From positions 15,695 through 79,694 of the forward strand of contig CAXQZU010000022.1 of the NCBI GenBank assembly GCA_964228555.1: 64,000 nucleotides of DNA. The letters are read 5' to 3'. Source of the DNA: Planctomycetota bacterium. Its GTDB lineage: Bacteria > Planctomycetota > PLA2 > JAEUHO01. The notes below the pieces were generated by a model. That model did no database searches and was not told the origin of the DNA. It saw only the letters and a list, made by a program, of their open reading frames with translations. Within the stretch, counting starts at the first letter, position 1, and the number at the start of each line of letters is the position of its first letter. The position numbers and the translations under genes are program-made. Positions 54,941-64,000 of this stretch are shown here, one piece after another.

Positions 54941-57760
54941 ATGTCGAGCATCACCTCGTTCACGAACCTCCCTGCGTCGCGCCGTGTCCTTGGCATCGCG
55001 CTCTGCGTGCTGCTGGCCACGCCGCTGGCCGCGTGCCGGACCCACCGCCTCGGCGTGGAGCCCTACGGCCCCGCCGGCGAGGCCGGTGACGCGCCGGTCG
55101 CGCCCGCGCAGCCGGGCCCCGACACCGTGGTGGCCAGCGCTCAGCCCGAGGAGCAGCCCGCGGCTCCTGCGGCCGAGCCGCCGGCTGAGCCTGCGCCCGC
55201 CCCGGCGCCCGAGAAGACGCCCGAGCAGCAGCTGGAGGAGGCGCGTCGCGCCGCGCAGATCGCCAGCGAGCAGACCAAGTTCCTGGTCGGCCAGCAGCTG
55301 GCCAAGGCCCGCGAGGCGATGAGCGCCGGCAACATCGAGGCCGCCCGCGAGGCCTACGGCAAGGCGCTGGAGCTGGATCCGGGCAACAGCGAGGCCCTCG
55401 AGGGCTGGACCAACCTGACCTCGAACCGCCCCAGCTCCGTGGAGGGCTACCTCAAGGAGCAGCGTGCGCTCCAGCAGGTGCGCCGCCAGGAGGCCGTGGC
55501 GCGCGTGCGCAACCACCTCGAGCTGGGCCGCTCGCTCGAGTCGCGCGAGGAGTTTGCCGGCGCGGTGCAGGAGTACAACCGCGCGCTGGCGATCGTGAGC
55601 TGGTACGACGACACCAGCGACTTCGGCACCTCCGCCGCCGCGCTGCGTGACCTGATCGACAACGCCCAGCACAAGTCGGCCCTGGCCGAGCGCACCCGTC
55701 GCGAGGAGGCCCTGCGTGCCGCCCAGGTCGAGCGCGAGCGCGACCTGATGCGCACCCGCGAGCAGGCGCTGGGCAAGATCCAGGCCTACTTCGAGCAGGC
55801 CAACGTGGCCTTCCGCGAGGGCCGCTACGAGGCAGCCATCGACTACGCGCGCCAGGTGCTGCGCATCGACCCCACCAACCGCAGCGCCACGGGCATGATC
55901 AACGTCGCGCACGACGCCAAGCACATGGCCGCGCTCGACACGCACAAGCGCAACTTCGACGACCAGTGGAAGCGCGTCATGCAGCAGCTCGAGTTCGACA
56001 TGCTGCCGCAGACCAAGGTCGTGGAGTGGTCCGAGGACTGGCTGGACGGCATCGCCCAGCGCAAGCCCCGCGTGGTGGGCGACGCGGTGCCCACCGACGA
56101 GCTGGGCACCAACGGCGCCATCTACGCCGCGCTGAAGAGCAAGCGCGTGACGAACCTGCAGTGGGGTGACGACACCACGCTGCCCATGGCCGTGAGCTAC
56201 CTGCGCACGATGACCGGCCTGAACTTCTACATCACGCCCAAGGCGCAGACCGAGAAGGAGGAGGCCCGCGTGCCCCTCACGATCGACGACTACGCCGTGA
56301 GCGACATCCTCGACATCATGACCGAGCAGAACGGCCTCAAGTGGGAGGTGCGTGACGGCCTGGTGCGCATCACCACCGCCGAGGAGATCACCGGCTCGTA
56401 CATCCGCCGCTTCTTCGACATCAACGACCTGCAGGTCAAGATCCAGTCGCACCTGGGCCAGGAGATCAACCTGTTCCCCAGCAACTTCACGCCGCCCGAG
56501 CCGCCCGAGCTGGCCGAGCCCGTGGAGATGATCGCCCCCGAGCAGCTGCAGGAGCTGATCAAGGAGACGATCGGCGGGCCTGGCGCGTGGGAGGACCCCG
56601 CCATCCTCGAGGCCCGCAAGGGCCTGCTGATCGCCGTGAACACCCCCGAGGTGCTGGCGGACGTCGAGAAGCTGCTCAACGAGCTGCGCGCCAACACGGG
56701 CTTGCTCGTGAACCTCGAGGTGCGCTTCCTGACGGCCGAGGACAACTTCCTGCGCGACGTCGGCATCGACGTGCGCGGCCTGGGCCTGACCAACACGACG
56801 GCCGGCGTGCCCGGGCTGGGCACCTCGGTGACCCAGAACGACGTGTTCTTCGGCAACCCCTCCGCCCCCACGGGCTTCAGCAGCGCGCTGGGCCTGCAGC
56901 CCGAGCCCTCCTCGGTGGGCACGGCAGCGGACGCGGGCCTCTTCTACAACGACGGTGCGGACGGCCAGTACTCGGCACGCATGGAGAACCTCTTCGACGT
57001 GCTGCTGGGCAACCCGGAGGTCCTCACGGGCTCGGGCGGCCTCTCGTTCCAGCACACCTTCCTCGACGACACCGAGATGGAGGTGATCCTGCGCGCCGTC
57101 CAGAAGAGCGAGCGCATCCAGAACATCACCAGCCCGCGCATCACGGTCTACAACACCCAGCGCGCCAACGTGCAGGTGCTCAACCAGGTCTCGTACGTGC
57201 AGGACTACGAGGTCGAGATCGCGCAGGCGTCGAACATCGCCAACCCCGTGATCCAGACCATCCTCGACGGCATCGTGCTGGACGTGCGCCCCACGGTCTC
57301 GCAGAACCTGAAGTTCGTGACGCTCGAGCTGCGTCCCACGGTGGCCGTGCTCACCCGCCCGATCGCGACGTTCACCACGTCGCTGGCCTCGGGCCCGGTG
57401 ACGGCCAACGCCCCCATCACGATCCAGCTGCCCGAGCTGCGCGTGAGCCGCGTGCGCACGACGGTGACGATGCCCGACCGCGCCACCCTGCTGCTGGGCG
57501 GCCTGAAGTACTACGAGCAGGAGACGATGACCAGCACGACGCCCATCCTGGGCGACATCCCGATCCTGTCGCTGCTGTTCTCGCGCAAGGGCCACTACGT
57601 CAACCGCCGCAACCTGCTGATCCTCATCACGGCCGAGATCGTGCCGCTCGAGGAGTACGCGCCCAAGGGCGAGCTCGACGTGCAGCCCCTGCCGCCCGAG
57701 GCGTTCACGTGGCGCCCGGTGGCCGAGCCGGTCGCGGCGCCTGCGCCGGCCTGCAAGTAG
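54941..57760 (+). CDS. secretin (T2SS/T4P/T3SS family) with an N-terminal TPR-lipoprotein (pilotin-like) domain
   Basis: Lipoprotein signal (VLGIALCVLLATPLAAC). Pro/Ala-rich linker, three or more TPR-like motifs (AYGKALELDPGNSEAL; AIDYARQVLRIDPTN), secretin N domains (LKWEVRDGLVRITT; LLIAVNTPEVLADVEKLLNELRA) and the C-terminal secretin core (LLVNLEVRFLTAE ... TTPILGDIPILSLLFSRKG ... NLLILITAEIV). Confidence 0.9.
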   Translation: MSSITSFTNLPASRRVLGIALCVLLATPLAACRTHRLGVEPYGPAGEAGDAPVAPAQPGPDTVVASAQPEEQPAAPAAEPPAEPAPAPAPEKTPEQQLEEARRAAQIASEQTKFLVGQQLAKAREAMSAGNIEAAREAYGKALELDPGNSEALEGWTNLTSNRPSSVEGYLKEQRALQQVRRQEAVARVRNHLELGRSLESREEFAGAVQEYNRALAIVSWYDDTSDFGTSAAALRDLIDNAQHKSALAERTRREEALRAAQVERERDLMRTREQALGKIQAYFEQANVAFREGRYEAAIDYARQVLRIDPTNRSATGMINVAHDAKHMAALDTHKRNFDDQWKRVMQQLEFDMLPQTKVVEWSEDWLDGIAQRKPRVVGDAVPTDELGTNGAIYAALKSKRVTNLQWGDDTTLPMAVSYLRTMTGLNFYITPKAQTEKEEARVPLTIDDYAVSDILDIMTEQNGLKWEVRDGLVRITTAEEITGSYIRRFFDINDLQVKIQSHLGQEINLFPSNFTPPEPPELAEPVEMIAPEQLQELIKETIGGPGAWEDPAILEARKGLLIAVNTPEVLADVEKLLNELRANTGLLVNLEVRFLTAEDNFLRDVGIDVRGLGLTNTTAGVPGLGTSVTQNDVFFGNPSAPTGFSSALGLQPEPSSVGTAADAGLFYNDGADGQYSARMENLFDVLLGNPEVLTGSGGLSFQHTFLDDTEMEVILRAVQKSERIQNITSPRITVYNTQRANVQVLNQVSYVQDYEVEIAQASNIANPVIQTILDGIVLDVRPTVSQNLKFVTLELRPTVAVLTRPIATFTTSLASGPVTANAPITIQLPELRVSRVRTTVTMPDRATLLLGGLKYYEQETMTSTTPILGDIPILSLLFSRKGHYVNRRNLLILITAEIVPLEEYAPKGELDVQPLPPEAFTWRPVAEPVAAPAPACK

Positions 57761-57802
57761 GCCGCGGCACCCCGCGCGCACGGCGCGGGCCTGCCCACCC
57801 CA

Positions 57803-57840
57803 CGAGCCCCGGGGCACGCCCCCGGGGCTCGTCTCGTTGG
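57803..57840 (+). terminator. rho-independent-terminator-like hairpin downstream of the secretin gene
   Basis: Perfect 12-bp GC stem CGAGCCCCGGGG-cacgc-CCCCGGGGCTCG followed by TCTCGTTGG, 43 nt after the secretin stop. Confidence 0.6.
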
Positions 57841-58023
57841 TGGCCGCTCGCATGGTGCGCAGCGCGGCCGAGGGCTGGCGCCGAGGTCGCACGGGCGGGC
57901 CGCGTTGCCCGCCGCTCCCCCCATCCGTAGAATGCGCCCGCCTTGGCCCGCACGCGCGAGCCAGCGCGGGACGGTGCAGCCCCCGGGGCCCGCACCGCCC
58001 TCCCCTGCCCCTGGAGCCCATCC

Positions 58024-61000
58024 ATGGTGTTCACGCGCCGCTTCCTGCGCCTCTCCGGCGTCCTGCTGCTGCCCGCCCTGCTGCTGGCGGGCGCACCGCG
58101 CGCCGAGGCCGGTGCGGACGACTTCGAGTTCGGCCAGAAGCTGGCCCAGGCGCGCTTCTTCAAGCTGGCCCGCCGCGTCTACGAGGGCATGCTCACGGCG
58201 CAGGGCAGCAGCGACACGCAGAAGGACCTCGCGCGCTACGGGCTCGCCACGCTCGGCCACCAGGAGGCGCTCAGCGCCGGCGCCCGCAGCGAGGTGCCCT
58301 TCGCCGAGGTGATCGCGCTCTACAACACGGCCGCCGAGCAGGTGGACGCCTTCGCCCAGAAGAACCCCAACCACCCCAAGGCACGCGACGCGCGGCTGCT
58401 GAGCGGCAAGATCCGCCTCGACGTCGTCAACTGGTGCCGCGACCTGCTGGACCTGCCTGAGATGCTGGCGTCGCGCAAGGCCTCGCCCGGCGAGGTGGCC
58501 TCGGCCGCGCGCAAGGCCGTCGACGACGCCACCTCGCACTTCGAGGCCCTCAAGGGCTCGGGCGGCGACCTGGCCGAGCTGGCGGGGTACTACTGGACCA
58601 CGGCCCAGTACTACAAGGCCCTGACGCTGGACGGCGGCAGCGCAGCCCAGATGGCCGCCTTGCGCGACGCCGAGACCAAGCTGGACGACTACATCAGCGA
58701 GAACGACGGCAAGCTGCTGGCCGTGTTCGCGCAGGACATGCTGGGCCTGACGCTGGCCGAGCGCGCGAAGCACACGCCCGGCGACGAGGAGCGCGCGCAG
58801 CTCTACAGCAAGGCGCTGACCTGGTTCCAGACCTGCATCGACCAGGAGTACATGGACGCGGACACGCTCACGGTCATCACCAATGGCTACCAGCACTACG
58901 GCAAGGCCTGCCTCGAGGCGGGCCGCATCGGCACGCGCAACTTCTGGCGCGAGGGCGTCAACGTGCTGGGCGAGATGCTGGCCAAGGTGCCGACCTCGGG
59001 CAAGACCGGCAACGGCATCCGCGCCATGCTGGTGCTGGGCGACCTGCAGAAGGCGCTGGGCGACTCCTCGGCCGCGCTGAACACGTACAAGGACGCATCG
59101 GACCGGGCCAGCCAGATCGACCAGCGCGGCCTGGCAGCAGAGGCCGACAAGCGCGTGCGCGAGGCCACGCGCGGCGGCGCCGTGCAGATCACCGACATCA
59201 ACATCGCGCGCAAGGTGGCGCAGAGCAACCTCGACGAGAAGCGCTGGGAAGAGGCGATCTCGGGCTTCCAGGACGTGATCGCGCTGGCGCCCAGCACGCC
59301 GCAGGCCTTCGTCGAGATGGTGTGGCCGTCGTGGGAGAAGATTGCCACGGCCTACCGCGAGCTGGGCGATCCGCTGTCGGCCGCGATGGCCTACGAGGCC
59401 ATCCACGAGGCATGGCTGGCCGGCCTCATCTCGCACAAGAAGGGTGACGAGAACGACAACAACATGCGCCGCGCCGGCGGCAATCGCAAGGCGGGCATCC
59501 GCCTGCTGGACGAGCTGGCCACGAAGACCGGATCCAAGGTGTTCCGCGAGGCCATGAAGCGCGCCGACGCAGGCTTTGCCACGGACTTCCCCGACCACCC
59601 GGACAGCAAGGACAGCGTGCTGCGCGTGGCGCTGGACAAGTACAAGGCGGCGCGCGACGCCAAGCGGGCGAAGGCGGCCGGCTGGCGCGCACAGTTCGAG
59701 GAGGCGCGCAAGCTGTTCGAGGCCGAGGCCCGCAACGCCAAGAGCCAGAACCAGGACGCGGCGGCCTCCTACGTGATCCAGATCGACTACCAGATGGTCT
59801 ACGACCCCGGCACGGTGGCGCCCCCGGCCGAGGGCCGCAAGGCGGCCGAGCGCGGGCTGGCCTTCTCCAGCGAGATGCTTGCCTTCTGGGCCTCGGAGGC
59901 CGGCCAGCAGAAGATCAAGGACTTCCCCACGCTGGCCGGCAAGCGCACCTCGGCCGTGAAGGACGTGCGCCTGCGCCGTGGTGACCTGCTCAAGGCGCTG
60001 GACCGCTGGGACGAGGTGATCTCCGAGATGACCGCGATGCGCTCCGAGGTGGGCGACGGCGAGGAGGGGGACGACGCGCAGGCCCTCGTGGTGGAGGCCC
60101 ACGTCGAGAAGGGCAGCACGGCTGCCGCCGACGAGGCGCTCAAGGTGCTGCTCAAGCGCGGCAAGCACCCGGCCATCCCGGCGCTGGTGGGCAAGGTGGC
60201 TGGCACCTTCGACGCCCAGTTCCGCGAGCTGACCAAGCAGTTCAACACGAAGAACGAGGAGCTCAACGGCACCCGCGAGGACCGCAGCACGGGCATCAAC
60301 GCGCGCATGCGCACGACCGAGGCCCGCTACAACGACCTGCTGGCGCAGAAGGTGAGCCGCCAGCAGGTGGTGGACGTGCACCGCCGCGACATCGAGGCGT
60401 GGCGCAAGGACCCCGAGACCCGCAAGGGCCTGACCGAGAAGACGGTGAAGGAGCTCGAGGAGAAGACCATCCCCGAGCTCGACGCCCTGGTCGCGAGCCT
60501 GACGAGCGAGATCGGCTCGCTGGACACGCAGATGCAGGCCCTGCGCACGCGTTCGGAAGCCCTGCAGGGCGAGATCCGCGACATCACCCTCGCGCAGTAC
60601 GCGCCGCTCAAGGAGGCGGTCAAGCGCTTCGACCTGGGCCTGCAGAGCGCGCTGGACGCCGGCGTGACGCCCAAGGCCGCCGAGCTGGGCAACATCGCCG
60701 CCCGCTGGTACGCCGCGGCCCGCAACGCCAAGGGCGAGGAGGGAGACTGGCAGAAGGCCCGCCTGCGCTACGAGCAGTTCATGGACCTGGCCGAGGTGAA
60801 GGCGCTGCCTGACACCGACGCGAGCAAGCGGGGCGCGCAGGCCAAGCTGGGGCGCATCTACTCGCACTTCTCCGAGGTGGAGAAGGATGCCGGCCGCCGC
60901 GCCGAGACCGTGCGCAAGGCCATCCTGCTGCTGGAGCAGACGCTGGCAGCCCGGCCGGAGAACAACGAGATCCTGCTGGGCTTGCTGGGCGGGCGCTACG

Positions 61001-61734
61001 GCGTGGTGGTGTGGGAGAACCCGGTCGAACGGGGCCCGGTCTACCGCTTCATCGTGCCCAAGGCGGCGGACCTGGCGGCCTTCAAGGCAGCCGTGGCCCG
61101 CCTCGGCACGCCGGAGAGCCCGGTTCCGCTGCCGCGCGTGGGCGACGAGGCCCGCATGGTGGCCTATCGACGGGCCCTGGCCACGTGGAAGGACAGCGTG
61201 CCCACGATGGAGAGTGCCATGCAGGAGCTGCTGCTCAAGGACTTGCGCGGCTCGGGCCTGGATGCCGCCACGTGGCGCGAGCTGGGCAACACGGACCGCG
61301 AGTACCGCACCTCGCTGGCCTCGGCCTACTCCGAGAGCGGCGAGGACGCCGACCTCGGCAAGGGGGACGTGGTGCTGGCCACGCTGCTGCAGGGCCCGCT
61401 GTCCGTCGAGGACTTCAGCGACGAGTACTGGGATGTCTCGACCCTCGTGCTGCGCCACTGGGCCAACCACAGCGAGCGCCTCTCGGCCGCCGGTGGGGTG
61501 GCCGCCAAGGCCAGCGAGCTGCGCAAGCGCGCGAGGCAGTTCATCACGGGCCGCACCTCGGTGGCCAGCGTGCCGCTGGCCAACGGCGTGCGCGAGGAGT
61601 GGCAGCGCCTGGTCGAGCGCTTCAACCGCGGCCTGCGAGCCGAGGGCGCGCCCGAGATCAGCGTCAGCCTCGAGCGCATGGCCCCCCCGGCCCCGGCGGC
61701 ACCTGCCGGCACGCAGGAAGGGACTGGCAAGTGA
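58024..61734 (+). CDS. very large secreted alpha-helical/TPR-like hypothetical protein
   Basis: 1236 aa. Signal peptide MVFTRRFLRLSGVLLLPALLLAGAPRAEA. Long coiled-coil/TPR-like composition. ATG verified at 58024. Confidence 0.75.
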   Translation: MVFTRRFLRLSGVLLLPALLLAGAPRAEAGADDFEFGQKLAQARFFKLARRVYEGMLTAQGSSDTQKDLARYGLATLGHQEALSAGARSEVPFAEVIALYNTAAEQVDAFAQKNPNHPKARDARLLSGKIRLDVVNWCRDLLDLPEMLASRKASPGEVASAARKAVDDATSHFEALKGSGGDLAELAGYYWTTAQYYKALTLDGGSAAQMAALRDAETKLDDYISENDGKLLAVFAQDMLGLTLAERAKHTPGDEERAQLYSKALTWFQTCIDQEYMDADTLTVITNGYQHYGKACLEAGRIGTRNFWREGVNVLGEMLAKVPTSGKTGNGIRAMLVLGDLQKALGDSSAALNTYKDASDRASQIDQRGLAAEADKRVREATRGGAVQITDINIARKVAQSNLDEKRWEEAISGFQDVIALAPSTPQAFVEMVWPSWEKIATAYRELGDPLSAAMAYEAIHEAWLAGLISHKKGDENDNNMRRAGGNRKAGIRLLDELATKTGSKVFREAMKRADAGFATDFPDHPDSKDSVLRVALDKYKAARDAKRAKAAGWRAQFEEARKLFEAEARNAKSQNQDAAASYVIQIDYQMVYDPGTVAPPAEGRKAAERGLAFSSEMLAFWASEAGQQKIKDFPTLAGKRTSAVKDVRLRRGDLLKALDRWDEVISEMTAMRSEVGDGEEGDDAQALVVEAHVEKGSTAAADEALKVLLKRGKHPAIPALVGKVAGTFDAQFRELTKQFNTKNEELNGTREDRSTGINARMRTTEARYNDLLAQKVSRQQVVDVHRRDIEAWRKDPETRKGLTEKTVKELEEKTIPELDALVASLTSEIGSLDTQMQALRTRSEALQGEIRDITLAQYAPLKEAVKRFDLGLQSALDAGVTPKAAELGNIAARWYAAARNAKGEEGDWQKARLRYEQFMDLAEVKALPDTDASKRGAQAKLGRIYSHFSEVEKDAGRRAETVRKAILLLEQTLAARPENNEILLGLLGGRYGVVVWENPVERGPVYRFIVPKAADLAAFKAAVARLGTPESPVPLPRVGDEARMVAYRRALATWKDSVPTMESAMQELLLKDLRGSGLDAATWRELGNTDREYRTSLASAYSESGEDADLGKGDVVLATLLQGPLSVEDFSDEYWDVSTLVLRHWANHSERLSAAGGVAAKASELRKRARQFITGRTSVASVPLANGVREEWQRLVERFNRGLRAEGAPEISVSLERMAPPAPAAPAGTQEGTGK

Positions 61735-61763
61735 GCACGATCGCCCGCACGGAGGACTTGAGC

Positions 61764-63128
61764 ATGCACCGTCCCGATTCCCGCCCGCTGCTGCGTGGCA
61801 CGCTGTGCTCGCTGGCCCTCGGGGCCGTGCTGCTGGCGGCCCTGCCGGCGCACGCCGACGACACGATCACGGCGCTCAACCCGGACACCTGCGAGCGCTA
61901 CACGATCAAGTGCACGGAGGTGCTGCCGGAGACGGCCACCGAGGTGCGCTACAAGCTGGGCAAGGCCGAGAAGAGCGTGCCCCTGCCGCTGGTGGTCGAG
62001 ATCGAACGCAGCACCGGCGGCAAGGAGCGAGCCATCCTCGAGGCGGCCCTGCTGGAGCTGCGGCGCGGCAACTTCACCGAGGCCCGCACCTCGTTGCGCG
62101 ACCTGGCCGCGGGCGGCTTCAAGATGGAGGACGGCGTGCAGAAGTTCACGCCCTTCCCCAAGGGCGGCAGCGGCGCCAAGGGCAAGCGCGTGGCGTGGAC
62201 GCAGGAGTACGCGCACTACTGGTACGCCGTGGCGCTGGTGCGCGAGGGCGAGAAGTCGGGCAACGGCAAGCTGCTCGAGGAAGCCCTGCTGGTGCTGGAT
62301 GACGTGCCGGCGCCCGGCGACGGCAAGGAGACCACGGGCGGCTTCCTCGGCCGCTTCAAGGGTGGCAACAGCCGCTGGATCGCGGACGCCACGCTGCTCA
62401 AGGCGGAGGCCCTCCTGGGGCTCAAGCGCTGGGACGAGGCCGCGGCCGCCTTCAACGAGCTGTCCAACCTCGGCATGAGCGCCGGCTACTCGCCGCGCTG
62501 GGTGTTCGAGGGCAAGCGCGGCCCGGGCCGCATTGCCGAGGCGCAGGGCGACACCGACACGGCCATCCGCGCCTACGAGGGCGCGCCGCAGGCCCTGGAC
62601 TCGTTGCTCAAGGACCTGCCCAGCCGCTGCCTGCGGCTGGAGGCGGGCCGCTGGTACAGCGTGCTGCGCATGGAAGCCGCCAAGGTGCTGCTGCGCAAGG
62701 CGGAGGCCAGCGGCAAGCCCGCTGACTTCATGCCTGTGCGCAACTACCTGGAGGGCAGCACGCCCGAGGCGCTCCAGCGCAAGGTGTCGGGCAAGCCGCC
62801 GGAGCAAGCCGAGGCCTTGCTCGCAGGCTCGCGGGCCCCGGAGGTGCGCGCCGTGCTGGCCAGCGGCCTGGGCCAGGCCTACCTGGCCGACAAGCGGTTC
62901 GACGACGCCATCCTGTCGCTCTCGGCACTGACGGTGCGCGGGGGCGCAGGCAGCACGGGCGCTGCCCGCGACCTCGTGGCGGGTGCCCTCTACTACCTGG
63001 CCAAGGCCTGCGAGGGTGCGATCCAAGGAGCCTCGGGGGAGGCCAAGGCCACCTACGAGGCCATGCGCTCGGGCGCTCTCAAGCGGCTGAAGACCGACTT
63101 CGCCGACAGCCTCTACGCCACCAAGTAG
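61764..63128 (+). CDS. secreted hypothetical protein
   Basis: 454 aa. GGAGG 9 nt upstream. Signal peptide MHRPDSRPLLRGTLCSLALGAVLLAALPAHA. Follows the 1236-aa gene by 29 nt. Confidence 0.72.
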   Translation: MHRPDSRPLLRGTLCSLALGAVLLAALPAHADDTITALNPDTCERYTIKCTEVLPETATEVRYKLGKAEKSVPLPLVVEIERSTGGKERAILEAALLELRRGNFTEARTSLRDLAAGGFKMEDGVQKFTPFPKGGSGAKGKRVAWTQEYAHYWYAVALVREGEKSGNGKLLEEALLVLDDVPAPGDGKETTGGFLGRFKGGNSRWIADATLLKAEALLGLKRWDEAAAAFNELSNLGMSAGYSPRWVFEGKRGPGRIAEAQGDTDTAIRAYEGAPQALDSLLKDLPSRCLRLEAGRWYSVLRMEAAKVLLRKAEASGKPADFMPVRNYLEGSTPEALQRKVSGKPPEQAEALLAGSRAPEVRAVLASGLGQAYLADKRFDDAILSLSALTVRGGAGSTGAARDLVAGALYYLAKACEGAIQGASGEAKATYEAMRSGALKRLKTDFADSLYATK

Positions 63129-63412
63129 CCCTTCCCAGGGCCTTGGGCGGCGTGCCGTGGACGGCGCCCGCGGCCATGCAGGGACTTACGCCCGCGCCCT
63201 GGCGGGGCGCGGGGACCCCGCATGCCGGGGCCGGGCAGGGCGCCGGGGTCCGCGTGCAGGTCCTCGCGCCAGCCACCCGGGCCGCGCCGGGCGAGCCGTC
63301 CGTCGGCCAGCGCCGGAAGCCTGTTGGCATGCATCCCCCCCTTCGGTAGATTCCCCCCCTTGTCCGGCCTGCCGGAGCCACGGCAAGGCCCCCCCTGGAG
63401 CCCCGTCCCGTC

Positions 63413-64000
63413 ATGAAGTCCAAGATCCTCGTCGGCGCCGTGCTGGCCGCTGCCCTCCTCGTGGTCCTGCCCGATGCAGCCTGGGCAGCCGACGTGAAGA
63501 ACATCGGCAACGAGACCTTCTTCGAGTCGGTCATCAACTGGGGTGGCTGGGTCGGCTGGCTCATCATCGCCCTGTCCGTGTGGACCGTGGCCATGATCAT
63601 CGAGATGTCGGTGAGCATGCGCCGCGACAAGATCTGCGCGCCGGAGCTGATCGACGAGATCAACGCCCTGATGCAGGAGGACGAGTACCAGGAGGCGCTC
63701 GAGCTGTGCGAGGCGCAGCCCAACTTCGTGACGAACAGCCTCGGTGCGGCCCTGCCGCGCCTGAGCGAGGGCTGGGGCGAGATGAAGTCGGCGATGGAGA
63801 ACGCGGCCAACTACGAGGCCCTCAAGCTGCAGCAGAAGGTGGGCTGGCTGCTCTTCATCTCGAACCTCGCCCCCCTGCTGGGCCTGTTCGGCACGGTGAC
63901 GGGCATGATCGAGGCCTTCAAGGAGATCGTGCGCCTCGGTGCCAAGGTGACGCCCACCGACCTGGCCGCCGGCATCTCGGCCGCGCTCATCACCACCTTC
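63413..64000 (+). CDS. MotA/TolQ/ExbB-family proton-channel protein (partial, 3' end beyond the window)
   Basis: LGLFGTVTGMIEAF ... DLAAGISAALITTF matches the TolQ/ExbB TM2-TM3 signature. Unusually preceded by a signal-peptide-like N-terminus (MKSKILVGAVLAAALLVVLPDAAWA). Confidence 0.8.
   Translation, partial: MKSKILVGAVLAAALLVVLPDAAWAADVKNIGNETFFESVINWGGWVGWLIIALSVWTVAMIIEMSVSMRRDKICAPELIDEINALMQEDEYQEALELCEAQPNFVTNSLGAALPRLSEGWGEMKSAMENAANYEALKLQQKVGWLLFISNLAPLLGLFGTVTGMIEAFKEIVRLGAKVTPTDLAAGISAALITTF

Noticed and set aside
1-64000. CRISPR arrays, rRNA or tRNA genes, transposases/integrases
   Set aside because: No regularly spaced repeat-spacer arrays were seen. No stretches have rRNA- or tRNA-like conserved sequence or lower-GC structured signatures recognisable by eye. 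No transposase, integrase or recombinase-like proteins appear in any frame. tRNAs cannot be fully excluded without a dedicated scan.

Overview
This is a very GC-rich bacterial chromosomal window, read by eye only (no searches run). Because of the GC content, almost every region carries long spurious ORFs in alternate or antisense frames (Arg/Ala/Gly/Pro-rich), so I called genes only where the protein has recognisable family motifs or credible topology, and I rechecked start codons against the DNA. The left third is housekeeping: sucD/sucC, a TlpA-like thioredoxin, an esterase, ribE, trmD, rplS, yraN, a PtsN-like EIIA domain, and a giant PQQ-propeller/PDZ protein. The middle holds lexA behind a small hydrophobic ORF, a histidine kinase/NtrC-like regulator/HtrA-like protease operon, rnpA-yidD and scpB. 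The most interesting region is a single minus-strand block at 28.5-45.2 kb with translationally coupled genes. It encodes an FHA/GAF sigma-54-type activator whose GAFTGA motif is degenerate, a double-FHA inner-membrane protein, a PilM/PilN (GspL-like) fusion, a PilO/GspM-like protein, a large TPR membrane protein, four prepilin-type pseudopilins (one GspG-like) and two secreted proteins. No ATPase, platform protein or prepilin peptidase is present in the window. The matching secretin lies about 12 kb away on the other strand as a TPR-lipoprotein (pilotin-like) N-terminal domain fused to a secretin, followed by two giant secreted proteins and an ExbB/TolQ-like gene. Between the two sits a glycosylation-like operon: uracil-DNA glycosylase, a GT2 polyprenyl-phosphate-sugar synthase-like enzyme, a methyltransferase, an AsnB-type amidotransferase, a TMTC/PMT-like GT-C enzyme with TPR repeats, and rsmE. 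Two near-identical GTTC-N7-GTTC direct repeats (the alphaproteobacterial-type LexA box) occur upstream of the small ORF/lexA pair and upstream of the uracil-DNA glycosylase gene, suggesting an SOS regulon. FHA-containing sigma-54 activators are typical of Myxococcota, but the phylum cannot be settled from this window. No rRNA, tRNA or CRISPR array was recognised.
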